Of a DNA stretch of 64,000 bases, positions 63,219-64,000 are shown in pieces. The notes under the pieces were generated by a model. The model was given only the letters and a program-made list of their open reading frames with translations. It was not told where the DNA came from and did not search any database. Numbering within the stretch: the first letter of the stretch is position 1; the number at the start of each line of letters is the position of its first letter. The DNA is from Lytechinus pictus. Its lineage: Eukaryota. The position numbers and the translations under genes were made by a program. The stretch covers positions 12,650,001 to 12,714,000 of the forward strand of contig NC_087250.1 in NCBI RefSeq assembly GCF_037042905.1, read 5' to 3'.

Positions 63219-64000
63219 ATTTATTATTTATGTATTTGTTGCATGTCTTCTAGGAACGCATATATACACAACAAAAAAAGTAAGTCCCCCCTAAATCAAA
63301 TTGCTGTAACTTTTGAACGGAATTATTTTGAGATATGATATTTCGTAGGTAGTTTTCTACACTCATTAAGCAACCTCTGGGGAAAAATGAGATTGATCGG
63401 TCGAGTCATGCATGAGTAATTAAAGATTGAATTAAAAATGACCATTTTTGAAAGTCACAAGAGTCGTTTTTCAGATTGTGCAAATACAAAGCTGGGCAAA
63501 AATTGTTTTAGGTGAATTTTATGGTGTTAATGCTGTTTTACTATCCACCATTTAGCCACTCCACACACAATTTTGATATCGTATGTTCATGGTTGAGTGA
63601 GCACAATAATGCAGGGGCCGCGGGGGGCTCAGCCCCCCACTTTTTTCCAAAAGCATGTACAAAAATGTAAAAATGACCATACGATTGTGATGTTTTGCAT
63701 GGTCAGCCCCCCCCCCCCACTTTGAAAACCGTTCCGCGGCCCCTGTATAGTGACGTATCATCAAAGGGGTTTATGGTAGTATCCTCTACAACTTGTTAGA
63801 TCATGTTAAAATTTGGAAATGTTGGTGGCTCTCCCGATTATAGGCCCCTCCCCCATTTTAAAGTTCTGGATCCACCACTGATTTGTCCATAAATTAAACT
63901 GATCATGAGAATTTGTAAGAAAAAATACATTTATGCAGTATAAAGAGTATTCATTCCTAAGTTTTCGAATGTGCTCGCTCAACCATGAAAATTTTAAAAC

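Overview
AT-rich, repeat-dense eukaryotic genomic DNA with no prokaryotic features. The repeat inventory (CR1/L2-group LINEs, tRNA-derived SINEs, TTAA-flanked, hAT-like, Harbinger-like and Tc1-like MITEs, Helentron-like elements) suggests a marine invertebrate, probably a sea urchin (inference). The host content is two tandem minus-strand, three-coding-exon genes that the ORF track shows only as fragments. I reassembled both from GT-AG splice sites, and both encode Ly6/uPAR (three-finger) proteins with identical intron phases (1, 0). Gene A (35971->21350, 137 aa) has 12 Cys, a signal peptide and a GPI-type tail. Gene B (9984->3155, 163 aa) has 10 domain Cys and an unusually long (~48 aa) hydrophobic tail. 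The rest is mostly nested mobile DNA. Highlights are an 8.4-kb element with ~600-bp terminal inverted repeats filling most of gene A intron 1, a Penelope-like insertion with a degenerate minimal hammerhead ribozyme just downstream of gene A, a HERO/NeSL-type endonuclease fragment, a pogo-like psq transposon relic, a higher-order satellite inside a MITE, and templated-insertion scars. Coordinates were counted by hand and may be off by a few bases, more at degenerate repeat edges.
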